Positions 47,052-57,706 of a stretch of 64,000 bases of DNA are shown piece by piece. A program made the translations under genes and the position numbers. The notes beneath the pieces were generated by a model. The model did not search any database. It worked only from the letters and a program-made list of their open reading frames with translations, and was not told where the DNA came from. This stretch comes from Alphaproteobacteria bacterium (lineage in GTDB: Bacteria > Pseudomonadota > Alphaproteobacteria > GCA-2731375). The DNA lies in NCBI GenBank assembly GCA_965232515.1, contig CBDDPY010000002.1:6368001-6432000 (forward strand), given 5' to 3'. Position 1 is the first letter of the stretch. The number at the start of each line of letters is the position of its first letter.

Positions 47052-47561
47052 CTAACCGATCGGCCGTTCCAGCATGGCGACGCGTTTACTGCCGCCGGCG
47101 CTGGCGCGGCTTTCGATCTTTCGGAATCCGTGCTTTTCGTGAAATCGCATAGAACCGGGATTCGGCGGTTCCTCGTTCACCTCGCAGGTGACGCGGGACA
47201 CGGCGAGGCGCGTGGCGATGTTGGCGATGTCGTCGTAGAGCGCGGCGCCGAGGCCGCTGCCGCGCGCCGTCTCGCTCACCATGACCCGGTCCACGTAGAG
47301 AAAGTCGTCGAACCGGTCGCAGAACCAGCGGTAATTGTCGCTGCCATAAGATGTGGCCGGGCGGAAGGCGATCAACGCACCGGACGGCGCTTGGCCGATC
47401 CGGGCGATACGCGCCACGGCCGCTTCCGCCAACAGGGCATCGAGCGCCGCCATATCCAGGCTGCTTACCGCCGGCAGACAGGCTTGATTGAGCGCTAGCA
47501 GCCATGCGCGGTCGGCCTCAGCGACATCGGTAATATCAATCGTGCCATTCCCGGTCATCAA
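47052..47561 (-). CDS. GNAT-family acetyltransferase
   Basis: Y.SDNYRWF, LYVDRV.V, ARGSGLG, CEVN..PPN..S..FH. Confidence 0.88.
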   Translation of the reverse strand: MMTGNGTIDITDVAEADRAWLLALNQACLPAVSSLDMAALDALLAEAAVARIARIGQAPSGALIAFRPATSYGSDNYRWFCDRFDDFLYVDRVMVSETARGSGLGAALYDDIANIATRLAVSRVTCEVNEEPPNPGSMRFHEKHGFRKIESRASAGGSKRVAMLERPIG

Positions 47562-47632
47562 GCTCCTCCACGCGCGTGGTTGATCGACGTTCGCCGATAG
47601 CCTATATCAGCGGCGTCTGAACCGGAGTGTTT

Positions 47633-47659
47633 ATGTCCATCACCTCTGAGGCCCGATAG
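47633..47659 (+). other. Candidate 8-codon regulatory uORF (MSITSEAR), toiL-like
   Basis: GGAG SD at 47624-47627, ATG 47633, TAG 47657-47659; complementary to the yjhX initiation region. Confidence 0.6.
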
Positions 47660-47748
47660 ACCCTGCCCACGTCGGCAGGGTGACAATCGGTTGAAGTCCC
47701 GGCGCGGGCCGCGTCGGGACCGTTCTATCGTGTTCTCAGAGTTTTCCC

Positions 47749-48006
47749 ATGAACGTGTCGAAACGGGAGCAGCGCGTCCTGCACGCGCTGGCCCAGGGCG
47801 GTGCTGTCCTGCTTGAGCGGGACGGCGACCGCCGCATCATCGAAGTGTCGTGCGTCACGCGCGACGGCTGGAGCCTGGTCGACGTCGATGTCGGACTGTT
47901 CAAGCGCCTGAAGGGGCGGCGTCTGATTGCCTCGCGGAACGGCGGGCCCTACCGGATCACCCGGCTAGGGCTCGGCGTGGTGCGGGCGCAGTTGGACAAT
48001 CGCTGA
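47749..48006 (+). CDS. yjhX: YjhX/TopAI-family protein (UPF0386)
   Basis: [52 protein letters not shown]. Confidence 0.9.
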   Translation: MNVSKREQRVLHALAQGGAVLLERDGDRRIIEVSCVTRDGWSLVDVDVGLFKRLKGRRLIASRNGGPYRITRLGLGVVRAQLDNR

Positions 48007-48892
48007 CCGCGTCCGCCAAACGCCGTCCGCTACGGCAATACTCGTCGATCCAGGGCGTGCGATAGCCGTCTTCCCCCGCCGTGATGGGGAAGAAGCTCTC
48101 GCTCAGCTCTGGATCGCTGGTTAGCTGATAGCGCCGGTAGATATAGCCGCCGGGCCGGTCGCTGAACCGTGCTTCGAGCGGCAGCAGATGGATGCCGATC
48201 GAACGCCGCATCCGGTCCGTCGTCCGGTTCGGCCCGGAGCCGTGCCACATCTCGCCGGCATGGAACACGGCCGAGCCCGCCGGCACCTCGATGAAGATCG
48301 AGTCTGCCGGCTCGATGCCGGCGGCCTTGGCTGAGGCGACCATGTTGGCGCGATAGTCGTCGGGCGAATGAAAGGTCTCGGGGATCTTGGTCAGCGGCCA
48401 GCGGTGCGAGCCCGGCACGTATTCGAGCGTGCCGGCGTCGCGATGCGTGTCGTCCAGCGTCACCCAGCAAGTCACCGTCTTCTGCGGATCCAAAAAGTCC
48501 AGGAATGACGTATCCTGGTGCAACGTGATCGGCTTGGTGCCGGGCGGCTTCCACCACAGCGTATCCTGGCCGAGGCGGGCGCCGGACCAGCCGGCGATCT
48601 CAGCCGCCGTGCGGGCGACGGCCTCCGACAGCACCAGGCGCGCCACGTCCAGATTGGACTTCCAGGCGTTCGCCATGTGGCGGGTGACGTCCGGCAAGCT
48701 CATGCCCGTGCGCCAGTACCATTCGTCGGGATAGACCCCGGTGTCGAAATCGCCGTCGAACAGCCGGGGAAAGGCGGCGCGCAGCTTTTCGACATCAGCT
48801 GCGTCGAGCACGTTCGGCACCACGAGAAAGCCGTCGCGGCGGAAGGTTTCGATCTGGTCATCGGTCAATTCGATGGCCGGTTTCTCCAGCAT
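47957..48892 (-). CDS. Phytanoyl-CoA dioxygenase (PhyH) family Fe/2OG oxygenase
   Basis: [27 protein letters not shown]. Confidence 0.9.
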   Translation of the reverse strand: MLEKPAIELTDDQIETFRRDGFLVVPNVLDAADVEKLRAAFPRLFDGDFDTGVYPDEWYWRTGMSLPDVTRHMANAWKSNLDVARLVLSEAVARTAAEIAGWSGARLGQDTLWWKPPGTKPITLHQDTSFLDFLDPQKTVTCWVTLDDTHRDAGTLEYVPGSHRWPLTKIPETFHSPDDYRANMVASAKAAGIEPADSIFIEVPAGSAVFHAGEMWHGSGPNRTTDRMRRSIGIHLLPLEARFSDRPGGYIYRRYQLTSDPELSESFFPITAGEDGYRTPWIDEYCRSGRRLADAVSDCPTAPAPRRALAG

Positions 48893-48975
48893 TAGACGCC
48901 CCATATTCGTTCTATTCAGAATTCGATCAAATTAGTATCGTTGAAAGTCGAAATCGAACGAATTAACTTCGGCAC

Positions 48976-49464
48976 ATGGCTGAATTCGGAGACCTCGACC
49001 GAACGGATCTCGCCCTACTGCGTTGCCTGCAGAAGGATGCTCGGATCTCCAACAAGGAACTGGCTGCGGCCGTCGGCCTGGCACCATCCAGTTGCCACGA
49101 GCGGCTGAAGCGCCTGAAGGCGACCGGCGTGCTGAAGGGCGCGCACGCCGAAATCGATTTTTCGGCGCTGGGCTTTCAGCTCGAGGCCCTGTTGTTCCTG
49201 GCGCTCGCCAAGCACACCCGCGACGTGGTCGACGATTTCCTGCGCGAGGTGGTGAAGATCCCCGAGGTCCGTTCAGCGTTTCTCGTCACCGGCCGGCACG
49301 ACATCGTGGTGCACGTCGTCGTCCGCGACATGCGTCACTTGAAGGACCTGGCCCTCGACCAATTCACCAACCGCCCCGGCGTTACCCAGATCGAAACCTC
49401 GGTCGTCTACGACACCGCCCACCGCCACGACTTGGTGATCGACGAGGCTGCAATCAGCAGCTAA
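48976..49464 (+). CDS. Lrp/AsnC transcriptional regulator
   Basis: LDRTD..LL..LQ.DARISNKELA..VGL.PS.C.ERLKRL HTH; TG..D. Confidence 0.92.
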   Translation: MAEFGDLDRTDLALLRCLQKDARISNKELAAAVGLAPSSCHERLKRLKATGVLKGAHAEIDFSALGFQLEALLFLALAKHTRDVVDDFLREVVKIPEVRSAFLVTGRHDIVVHVVVRDMRHLKDLALDQFTNRPGVTQIETSVVYDTAHRHDLVIDEAAISS

Positions 49465-50102
49465 GCCGGCTTCGCGTTGGGATAGTCCGGTTGTTCGGAT
49501 GGATGCGCGCGTTTGAAGGCATCCAGTTCGACGCAGCGGGCATTGATGGCCTTCAGAAGTGGGTAGGGCGCGAGATCACACTCGAACCGACGAGCGTTGC
49601 GCATCTGTGGGACAAGATGCAGATCGGCCCAGCCCGGCGTCTCACCGAAGCAGAACGGCCAGTCCGTTGTCCGGCGGCGCAACATCTCCTCCAGAGCCGT
49701 GAACGCTTCAACGATCCAGTGTTCGTACCACTTCTGCAGATCCGGCGCTGACAGATGCAATTCGTCGGTTAGATATCGCCGGACCCGGTTGACGTTGATC
49801 GGATGCAGATCGCAAGCGATAAGCTGTCCAAACGACCGCGCCTCCGCCCGCGTTACCGGCTCCGCCGGCAGAAGCGGCGGATCGGGATAGGTCTCTTCGA
49901 GATACTCCAGTATCGCTGTCGACTGGGCTACGACACGGCCACCGATCTCGACCGCCGGCATCAGGCGTTGCGGATTGATCGCCCGATAGCCGTCATCGCC
50001 AAGCGTTGGAACCGAAACGTACTCGTAGTCGATGCCTTTGAGGCATAGCGCGATTCGAACTCGCTCACCGGCAGAATTGCGGTGATAGGTGAACAGCTTC
50101 AT
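49461..50102 (-). CDS. maiA: Maleylacetoacetate isomerase / GST-zeta family
   Basis: MKLFTYHRNSAGERVRIAL, INPQ..MP, QSTAILEYL, CDLHP.N, LVPQ..NARRF; real start well downstream of the ORF-track start. Confidence 0.85.
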   Translation of the reverse strand: MKLFTYHRNSAGERVRIALCLKGIDYEYVSVPTLGDDGYRAINPQRLMPAVEIGGRVVAQSTAILEYLEETYPDPPLLPAEPVTRAEARSFGQLIACDLHPINVNRVRRYLTDELHLSAPDLQKWYEHWIVEAFTALEEMLRRRTTDWPFCFGETPGWADLHLVPQMRNARRFECDLAPYPLLKAINARCVELDAFKRAHPSEQPDYPNAKPA

Positions 50103-50131
50103 CGGCACCGCCTCATCGGGACGGCGCCGTC

Positions 50132-51742
<1,611 letters not shown>

Positions 51743-51787
51743 GGCAGTAGCCTCCCCTGCGCGGCGCTGCGAAAATCGAGACCGAGA

Positions 51788-52312
51788 TTATTTCTTACGG
51801 AACTGGTCCAGCGCCACCACTTTGCTGCCGTCCTCGGCCGTATCTTCGGCATCCGGCTTGTCGGCAGCGTCGTCGGCCGGCGTTTCCGGGCTGGCCACCG
51901 GCAGGCCGGGTTGCGGCACCACCGCCGGCGGTTTCGCGACACTGCCTTCCGCGCCGGCGGCCGGCTGGAACTGCAGTCCGAACTGAACCGAGGGGTCGAA
52001 AAAGCCGGTTAGCGCCCGGAACGGCACGCGCAGCCGTTCATGCACCTTGTTGAAGCTGAGCGTGATCTCGAAGACGTCGTCCTCGACCTCCAGGCCCCAG
52101 AACTGGTGCTGAATGACGATCGTCATCTCGTCGGGGTACTTGGCCCGCAGATGGTCGGCCAGGACGACATCCGGATCTTCGGTCTGGAACGACAGATAGA
52201 AATGATGCGCGCCGGGCAGGCCGTCGTCGCGCGCGCGCTCCAGCGCCTGGCGTACGACATTCCGAAGCGCGGTCTCGACCATCCGGTTGTAGTCCATCAG
52301 GTCCTTCGGCAT
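51788..52312 (-). CDS. sspB: Alphaproteobacterial SspB (ClpXP adaptor)
   Basis: GLPGAHHFY, YPDEMTIVIQHQFW, F.DPSV.FGLQF, C-terminal VVALDQFRKK; directly downstream of ssrA. Confidence 0.93.
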   Translation of the reverse strand: MPKDLMDYNRMVETALRNVVRQALERARDDGLPGAHHFYLSFQTEDPDVVLADHLRAKYPDEMTIVIQHQFWGLEVEDDVFEITLSFNKVHERLRVPFRALTGFFDPSVQFGLQFQPAAGAEGSVAKPPAVVPQPGLPVASPETPADDAADKPDAEDTAEDGSKVVALDQFRKK

Positions 52313-52361
52313 TCCGCACTCCATCCCCTGCCAGCCGCGTGTCCACACGCGGGTAGAACTA

Positions 52362-52695
52362 AGTGGGGGGCTTCTGTTGCCCGGTGCCCCCCGAAACCGC
52401 GCTTACCTGTCTAATTAGGCAGCGAGCGCCATTTCGTTATCATTGGCACTTGTAGAAACGGCCCGATAACGGCGGAACCATGCCGGGCACAAACCGTACC
52501 TTTATTACGCGCGTCGATCCTGTTTCGCCCCCATCAGCAACGCACTCGTCAACGCCCTGTTAACCCTGTCTGCAGGAACTCCTGCGGGTGCTGCGATTCG
52601 GGCGAATGCGCTGATGGTGGAGGCGCCGGGTACCGCCCCCGGGTCCGCTACGTCTATTCCGTACGGCGTTTAGCGCCATAGCCGGATATCTCCGG
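52362..52695 (-). ncRNA. ssrA: Circularly permuted two-piece tmRNA; tag (A)ANDNEMALAA
   Basis: Acceptor piece ends GGCGCCTCCACCA at 52615; coding piece starts GGGGGCGAAACAGGATCGAC at 52532; tag frame 52447-52415; outer ends approximate. Confidence 0.95.
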
Positions 52696-52867
52696 CACCC
52701 TAAATATAGGCGTTTTCAAGCCAAATCGGAAGGGGCAGGGGCGGCGCGCAATGGCGGCCTTCGGGGGCGGTTGGCAGGCCGGCGATCGAAGGAGTAGGTT
52801 GCCGAAAGCCGTCCAGCCCGGTCGCTCGATGCCGGCACGGTGGCGGAATGGCTCGCCGGAGTAGCAC

Positions 52868-53806
52868 ATGCCCATCACCACGGAACAGCAGAACGAGATC
52901 GCCAGTCAGCAGGCCGAAACGCAGCCCACGAGGCGCGCGACGGTGCCGGCGCTGGAAGAGATCCTCTATCAGGCGCTACCCGTGCTGGACCACGGGTTCG
53001 TGCGCGTCGTCGACTATATGGGCGACGATTCCGCGATCGTGCAGGCGGCGCGCGTCTCTTACGGCCGGGGCACCAAAAAGCTGCGCCAGGATGCGGGTCT
53101 GATCCGTTATCTCGTGCGCCACCGGCACACAACGCCGCTGGAAATGTGCGAGATCAAGTATCACGTGAAGCTGCCGGTTTTCGTCGCTCGTCAGTGGATC
53201 CGTCACCGGACCGCCAACGTGAACGAGTATTCGGCGCGCTACTCCGTGCTCGATCGGGAATTCTACATCCCCGACCCCGAGGCGCTCGCGGTGCAATCGA
53301 CCTCGAACCGGCAGGGCCGCGGCGACGTGCTGTCCGGCGAGCAGGCCGCGCGCGTGCTCGACATCCTGCGCGAGGACGCCGCGCGCAACTACGCCAACTA
53401 CCAGGAAATGCTGAACGAGGACGACGAGGGCAACGTCATCGATCCGTCCCGCGACGGTTTGGCGCGCGAGCTGGCGCGCATGAACCTGCCGCTCAATATC
53501 TATACGCAGTGGTACTGGAAGTGCGATCTGCACAATCTGATGCACTTCCTCGGCCTGCGCGCCGACAGTCATGCCCAGTACGAGATCCGGGTCTATGCCG
53601 AGGCGATGCTGGAATCCGTCAAGCGCTGGGTGCCGCTCGCCTACGAGGCCTATCTCGAATACCAGCTCGGTGGCACGCACGTCTCCAAGACCGGTCTCGA
53701 GGTGATCAAGCGCCTGATTGCCGGCGAGCAGGTGGAACAGGAATCGAGCGGTCTCTCAGCCCGCGAGTGGCGCGAGTTGATGACGGCGCTTGGCAGAGAC
53801 GCGTGA
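52868..53806 (+). CDS. thyX: Flavin-dependent thymidylate synthase
   Basis: [36 protein letters not shown]. Confidence 0.96.
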   Translation: MPITTEQQNEIASQQAETQPTRRATVPALEEILYQALPVLDHGFVRVVDYMGDDSAIVQAARVSYGRGTKKLRQDAGLIRYLVRHRHTTPLEMCEIKYHVKLPVFVARQWIRHRTANVNEYSARYSVLDREFYIPDPEALAVQSTSNRQGRGDVLSGEQAARVLDILREDAARNYANYQEMLNEDDEGNVIDPSRDGLARELARMNLPLNIYTQWYWKCDLHNLMHFLGLRADSHAQYEIRVYAEAMLESVKRWVPLAYEAYLEYQLGGTHVSKTGLEVIKRLIAGEQVEQESSGLSAREWRELMTALGRDA

Positions 53807-53867
53807 ACGGCGGCCCACGAATTGGGGTCCGCTGGCGTTGAGCCCGACGGGTCTAAGGCAGCAACGA

Positions 53868-54419
53868 TTATTGGGGCGAGAAGCCTGCGTCTGATCGGCC
53901 GAGGCGCTCGACGGTCAGCGTGAAGTCTTCCTTGGCCGCGGACAGAATGATGTCGACGTTCTCCCCGTCGCTGGCGCAGGGCAGCTTCACGACTGAGAAC
54001 TCGATCGGGCGTTGATAGCTCCAGACCCGGCCGACGCTCAGGCCGATGCGCCGCTCGACGACGATCGAACGGTAGAAGTCGATCAGGCCGGGTTCCTCGA
54101 CGGCTGGCGACTCGCTCAACAGCTTGCCGGTCTCGTCGATGCCGAGGAGTTCCGTGAGCTGGCTGCCCCAGAGCCGGCAGCGCATCTCGAACGGCGCTGT
54201 CGATACCAGTTCGTCGACAAGGATCATCCCGTGCCAACCCTTGAAATCCGGGAAGTCGAAATCGCGCCAGGCCGGCAACCGGCCGGCCCGCCACCTGTCG
54301 CGCCACAATTCGACAAAGGCCGCGAACGGGCCGAAGGCGGCCGGCGGCGTTTCAAGGGAGTAGGTGGTGAATTCTCTGTTTTCGAACAGACGTGCGCGAT
54401 GGCCTGATGCCGCACTCAT
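53868..54419 (-). CDS. Stand-alone PAS-like (PAS_5/DUF1457-like) protein
   Basis: W...R.GRLP.W.DFD, R.RLWG..L....G.D.TG, LP...DG pattern. Confidence 0.65.
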   Translation of the reverse strand: MSAASGHRARLFENREFTTYSLETPPAAFGPFAAFVELWRDRWRAGRLPAWRDFDFPDFKGWHGMILVDELVSTAPFEMRCRLWGSQLTELLGIDETGKLLSESPAVEEPGLIDFYRSIVVERRIGLSVGRVWSYQRPIEFSVVKLPCASDGENVDIILSAAKEDFTLTVERLGRSDAGFSPQ

Positions 54420-54621
54420 GTTTGAACGCCCTCGTCGGCTCGCCGTTAGTTCTGGTGCCATTGGCACGGGCGTCGCCGATTCTTTTATTGACCTTTAAGT
54501 GATATGAAGCTTGCTATTTAGATCTCCAGCGTCGGAAGGCAAGTCGCCGGCGCGGAATCTATTTGCCCTGTTCGGGACAGGCCGCCGGTCGGCGGCGAAA
54601 TTCGGAAACAACGTTATCGAC

Positions 54622-55818
54622 ATGAGCCAAGTAAAGCGCGGCCGAGAGTTCCTGCACACACCCGGCCCGACCAACATTCCCGACCGGCTGCTGCGGGCCA
54701 TGCACCGGCCGGCGGTCGACTTCTCCGGCCCGGTCTTCACCGCGCTGGCCCGCGGCTGCTTCGAGGACCTGAAGCCGATCTTCCGCTGCGCCGGTCCGGT
54801 CTTCATCTATGCCGCGTCCGGTCACGGCGCCTGGGAGGCGGCGCTGGCCAACACGCTGTCGCCGGGTGATCGGGTCATCGTGCCGGAGACGGGCAACTTC
54901 TCGGCCAGTTGGTCGCGCATGGCGGAGGCCCTCGGCATCGTCGTCGACTATCTGCCGGGCGACTGGCGCCACGGCATCGATCCATCCGCGGTCGAGGCGC
55001 GTCTGGTCGAGGACAAGGCGCGAACGGTGAAAGCCGTGCTGATGGTGCATACCGATACCGCTACGGGCGTCACCAGCGATGTAACGGCGGTGCGGCGCGC
55101 CATCGATAACGCCGGCCACCCGGCGCTGTTCATGGTCGATACCATCGCCTCCCTCGGCACCGTCGAATTTCGTATGGACGACTGGCAGGTCGACGTCGCC
55201 GTCGGCGCCTCGCAGAAGGGCCTGATGCTGCCGCCCGGCCTCAGCTTCACGGCCGTCAGCGAGAAGGCCATTCGGGTCGGCCGCGAGACCACCATGCCGC
55301 GAAACTATTGGGATTGGCGCGAGCGCCTGACCGAGGAGCAGTACATCCGGTTTTGCGGCACCGCACCCGAGCATTTGATCTATGGCCTGCGCGAAGCCAT
55401 CGACATGGTCATGGAGGAGGGGCTGGAGGCAATCTTTGCGCGTCATCAACGCCTGGCCGATGCCGTGCGGCGGGCGGTCAGCGTCTGGGGTGAAGAGGGT
55501 GGCGTGGCATTCAACGCGCAGGTGTCGGTCGAGCGCGCGAACTCGGTGACGACAGTGCTGGTGCCGGACGGATTCGACGGCGAACAGGTGCGCAGGGTCT
55601 GTCGCGAACGTTTCGGCGTATCGCTTGGCGGTGGCCTGGCGCGGCTACAGGGGCGCGCCTTTCGCATCGGCCATATGGGCGATTTGAACGAGCCGATGAT
55701 CCTGGGCGCATTGGCCGGCGTCGAAGCCGGCCTGCAGATCTGCGGTATTCCCTATCGGCCCGGCGGCGTCACTGGCGCGATCGAATTTCTCGCGCAGACG
55801 ACGTCGCCGCTGGATTAG
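54622..55818 (+). CDS. Class V PLP aminotransferase (serine/alanine-glyoxylate aminotransferase-like)
   Basis: TPGPTN, SGHGAWEAA, VDTIASL, SQKGLMLPPG, FRIGHMG. Confidence 0.92.
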   Translation: MSQVKRGREFLHTPGPTNIPDRLLRAMHRPAVDFSGPVFTALARGCFEDLKPIFRCAGPVFIYAASGHGAWEAALANTLSPGDRVIVPETGNFSASWSRMAEALGIVVDYLPGDWRHGIDPSAVEARLVEDKARTVKAVLMVHTDTATGVTSDVTAVRRAIDNAGHPALFMVDTIASLGTVEFRMDDWQVDVAVGASQKGLMLPPGLSFTAVSEKAIRVGRETTMPRNYWDWRERLTEEQYIRFCGTAPEHLIYGLREAIDMVMEEGLEAIFARHQRLADAVRRAVSVWGEEGGVAFNAQVSVERANSVTTVLVPDGFDGEQVRRVCRERFGVSLGGGLARLQGRAFRIGHMGDLNEPMILGALAGVEAGLQICGIPYRPGGVTGAIEFLAQTTSPLD

Positions 55819-55828
55819 GCGTCACCGG

Positions 55829-56530
55829 TCAGGACGTGACCGTCTCGACTTCCGGGTCTTCGGTCGCGGTGTCCATCTCCACCGGCTCCCGCTCGTCGGC
55901 GCCGATGGCGATCGCTTCGTCGAGCACCTGCAACGTCAGCGACCAGACCTCGTCGCTGCCCGAGAGCCGCACCGCGGCGATGGCGGCGTCGGCGGCGTCC
56001 GATGCATCGATCGCGCGCGACAGGTGCGCCGCCCGGCCGGCGCTCGCGGCGTGCGCGCCGTGCGCGGCATGGGCCGCCTGCACGACAGCCGCGCGGCATG
56101 CCGCCGGTATCTGCGGGCCGGGATAGGCCGCATAGGCCGCGTCGGCGGCATCGGCCAGATCGCCCTTGACGTTGCGTAAGCGCGCGGCGCTGTCACGCAG
56201 GCCACAGGCCTCGAGCGCAATCGGCGCGAACTCACGGATCGCCCGCCAGGCTAGCAGTTCCGCGCGGGTGACCGAATGGTCGTCGCGGGTGCCGATCAGC
56301 AACGGCAAATATGGCTTCAGCCGCTGCCGCCATTCAGTGGGCATGGAATCGTTCAGTCGGATCGTATAGGCGGTCAGCACCGGACAGGCGCACTCCGGGT
56401 GGTAACTGTGGCCCTCGCCGGCGAGATAGGCGACCATCTCCATGGCGCACATGCCGTCGGCCGGTTTCTTGTGTCCGCCATATTGCAGCTTGATGCGGTC
56501 CAGCAAACGCTGGCGTGTGAGGTCGAACAT
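55829..56530 (-). CDS. Hypothetical protein with Cys/His-rich N-terminal domain and Ala-rich helical C-terminus
   Basis: GGH..PADGMCAMEMVAYLAGEGHSYHPECACPVL..Y.IRLND; GGAGGT SD. Confidence 0.8.
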   Translation of the reverse strand: MFDLTRQRLLDRIKLQYGGHKKPADGMCAMEMVAYLAGEGHSYHPECACPVLTAYTIRLNDSMPTEWRQRLKPYLPLLIGTRDDHSVTRAELLAWRAIREFAPIALEACGLRDSAARLRNVKGDLADAADAAYAAYPGPQIPAACRAAVVQAAHAAHGAHAASAGRAAHLSRAIDASDAADAAIAAVRLSGSDEVWSLTLQVLDEAIAIGADEREPVEMDTATEDPEVETVTS

Positions 56531-56536
56531 GCGTTG

Positions 56537-56785
56537 CTACCTCCTGTGGCCGCTTCGGCTTGGCGCCGCGGAAATGCGTCGTTCGGGAAAAAGCTTGGTC
56601 AGCGCGACGACGATCAGACAGGCCCCGACGCCGACGGACAGGGCCAGGTAATAGACCGTCGTCGACCACGAGAGCCACAGTGTCAAAGGCGTGAGGATCG
56701 CGATAAAGCCGAGCACGGAAATGGCGAAATCGACCCTATCGCCCTTCGCCGGATCATACGCGGGATCTGTCACGTCACCCTCCAT
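56537..56785 (-). CDS. Small two-TM membrane protein
   Basis: Two hydrophobic segments; stop 6 nt before the next gene. Confidence 0.6.
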   Translation of the reverse strand: MEGDVTDPAYDPAKGDRVDFAISVLGFIAILTPLTLWLSWSTTVYYLALSVGVGACLIVVALTKLFPERRISAAPSRSGHRR

Positions 56786-56920
56786 CGCGCCGTGTTGCGC
56801 TCCACCGGTTAGTATCCGACCGGGGCCGCTGTTTGTCTAGCGCGCCCGTCCCACCGAAACGTTAAGATTATTAATTAGATTTGGCGCAAATTCGGCTGTG
56901 GACAACCGGTCTGCGCCCGA

Positions 56921-57562
56921 TCAGGTCTTCTGTTGCGCCAGATTCCCGTCCGCAAGACGCAGTTCGTCCAATGCCTGGCGCACGATCTGTGTCGCCGACC
57001 AGAGGAACAGACTCGCCATGATTGCGGCGACGACAAGGTCGGGCCAGTGGCTGCCGGTCAGCAGCACGCCGCCGGCGGCGCCGATCACCGCGACATTGCC
57101 GAAGGCGTCATTGCGGCTGCAGAGCCAGACCGAACGCACGTTGGCGTCACCGTTGCGGAAACGGAACAGGATCAGCGCGCTGGCGATGTTTGCCGCCAGC
57201 GCCAGGACACCGACCACGCTCATGGTGACGGCCTCCGGCGTGCCATTGACGAAGACCTGATAGATCGTCGCGCCTAGTACCCAGAGACCGAAGACGGCCA
57301 GCGACAGCCCCTTCAGCAGCGCGGCCCTGGCGCGCCAGTGCGCCGCGTGGCCGATGACGTAAAGGCTGAGCGCGTAGGTCGCGGTGTCGCCCAGGAAATC
57401 AAGGGCGTCGGCTTGCAACGCCATGGAGCCGGCGGTGATGCCGGCCGTGGCTTCGACAACGAACATTGAGGCGTTCAGCGCGATCACGATCCACAAGGCG
57501 CGCCGATAGGCCGTCGACGCGCCGTCGAAGACGGGCTGATTGCTGCAACATCCGGCGGCCAC
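56921..57562 (-). CDS. Cation diffusion facilitator (short form lacking C-terminal domain)
   Basis: N-terminal CC, LQADALDFLGD, SVWLCSRND, WPDL. Confidence 0.9.
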   Translation of the reverse strand: MAAGCCSNQPVFDGASTAYRRALWIVIALNASMFVVEATAGITAGSMALQADALDFLGDTATYALSLYVIGHAAHWRARAALLKGLSLAVFGLWVLGATIYQVFVNGTPEAVTMSVVGVLALAANIASALILFRFRNGDANVRSVWLCSRNDAFGNVAVIGAAGGVLLTGSHWPDLVVAAIMASLFLWSATQIVRQALDELRLADGNLAQQKT

Positions 57563-57625
57563 TTCGTCAGTCCCGTCCCGACGGCTCGACGGCCTGATCG
57601 TCGTACAGCGTCATCATGGTTACAA

Positions 57626-57660
57626 AATATTAACAATTGAATAATTGTTTATATATTAAT
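57626..57660. promoter_or_regulatory. AT-rich dyad upstream of CDF gene, possibly a metalloregulator operator
   Basis: AACAATT-GAAT-AATTGTT dyad; TGAATA-AT-TGTTTA resembles the ArsR/SmtB core. Confidence 0.45.
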
Positions 57661-57706
57661 TTGACACCACGGCGATGTCAACATCCTTGGATGGTCCGGC
57701 GTAATG

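Noticed and set aside
47722-47735. Possible LexA box upstream of yjhX (GTTC..GTTC)
   Set aside because: Spacer is 6 nt, not 7; the sequence is better explained by RNA pairing with the uORF.
52362-53806. Integrative element at ssrA, or thyX as a phage gene
   Set aside because: No integrase, no duplicated ssrA 3' end, and host-like codon usage.
56862-56874. Possible CtrA box TTAA-GATTA-TTAA
   Set aside because: Spacer is 5 nt, not 7.
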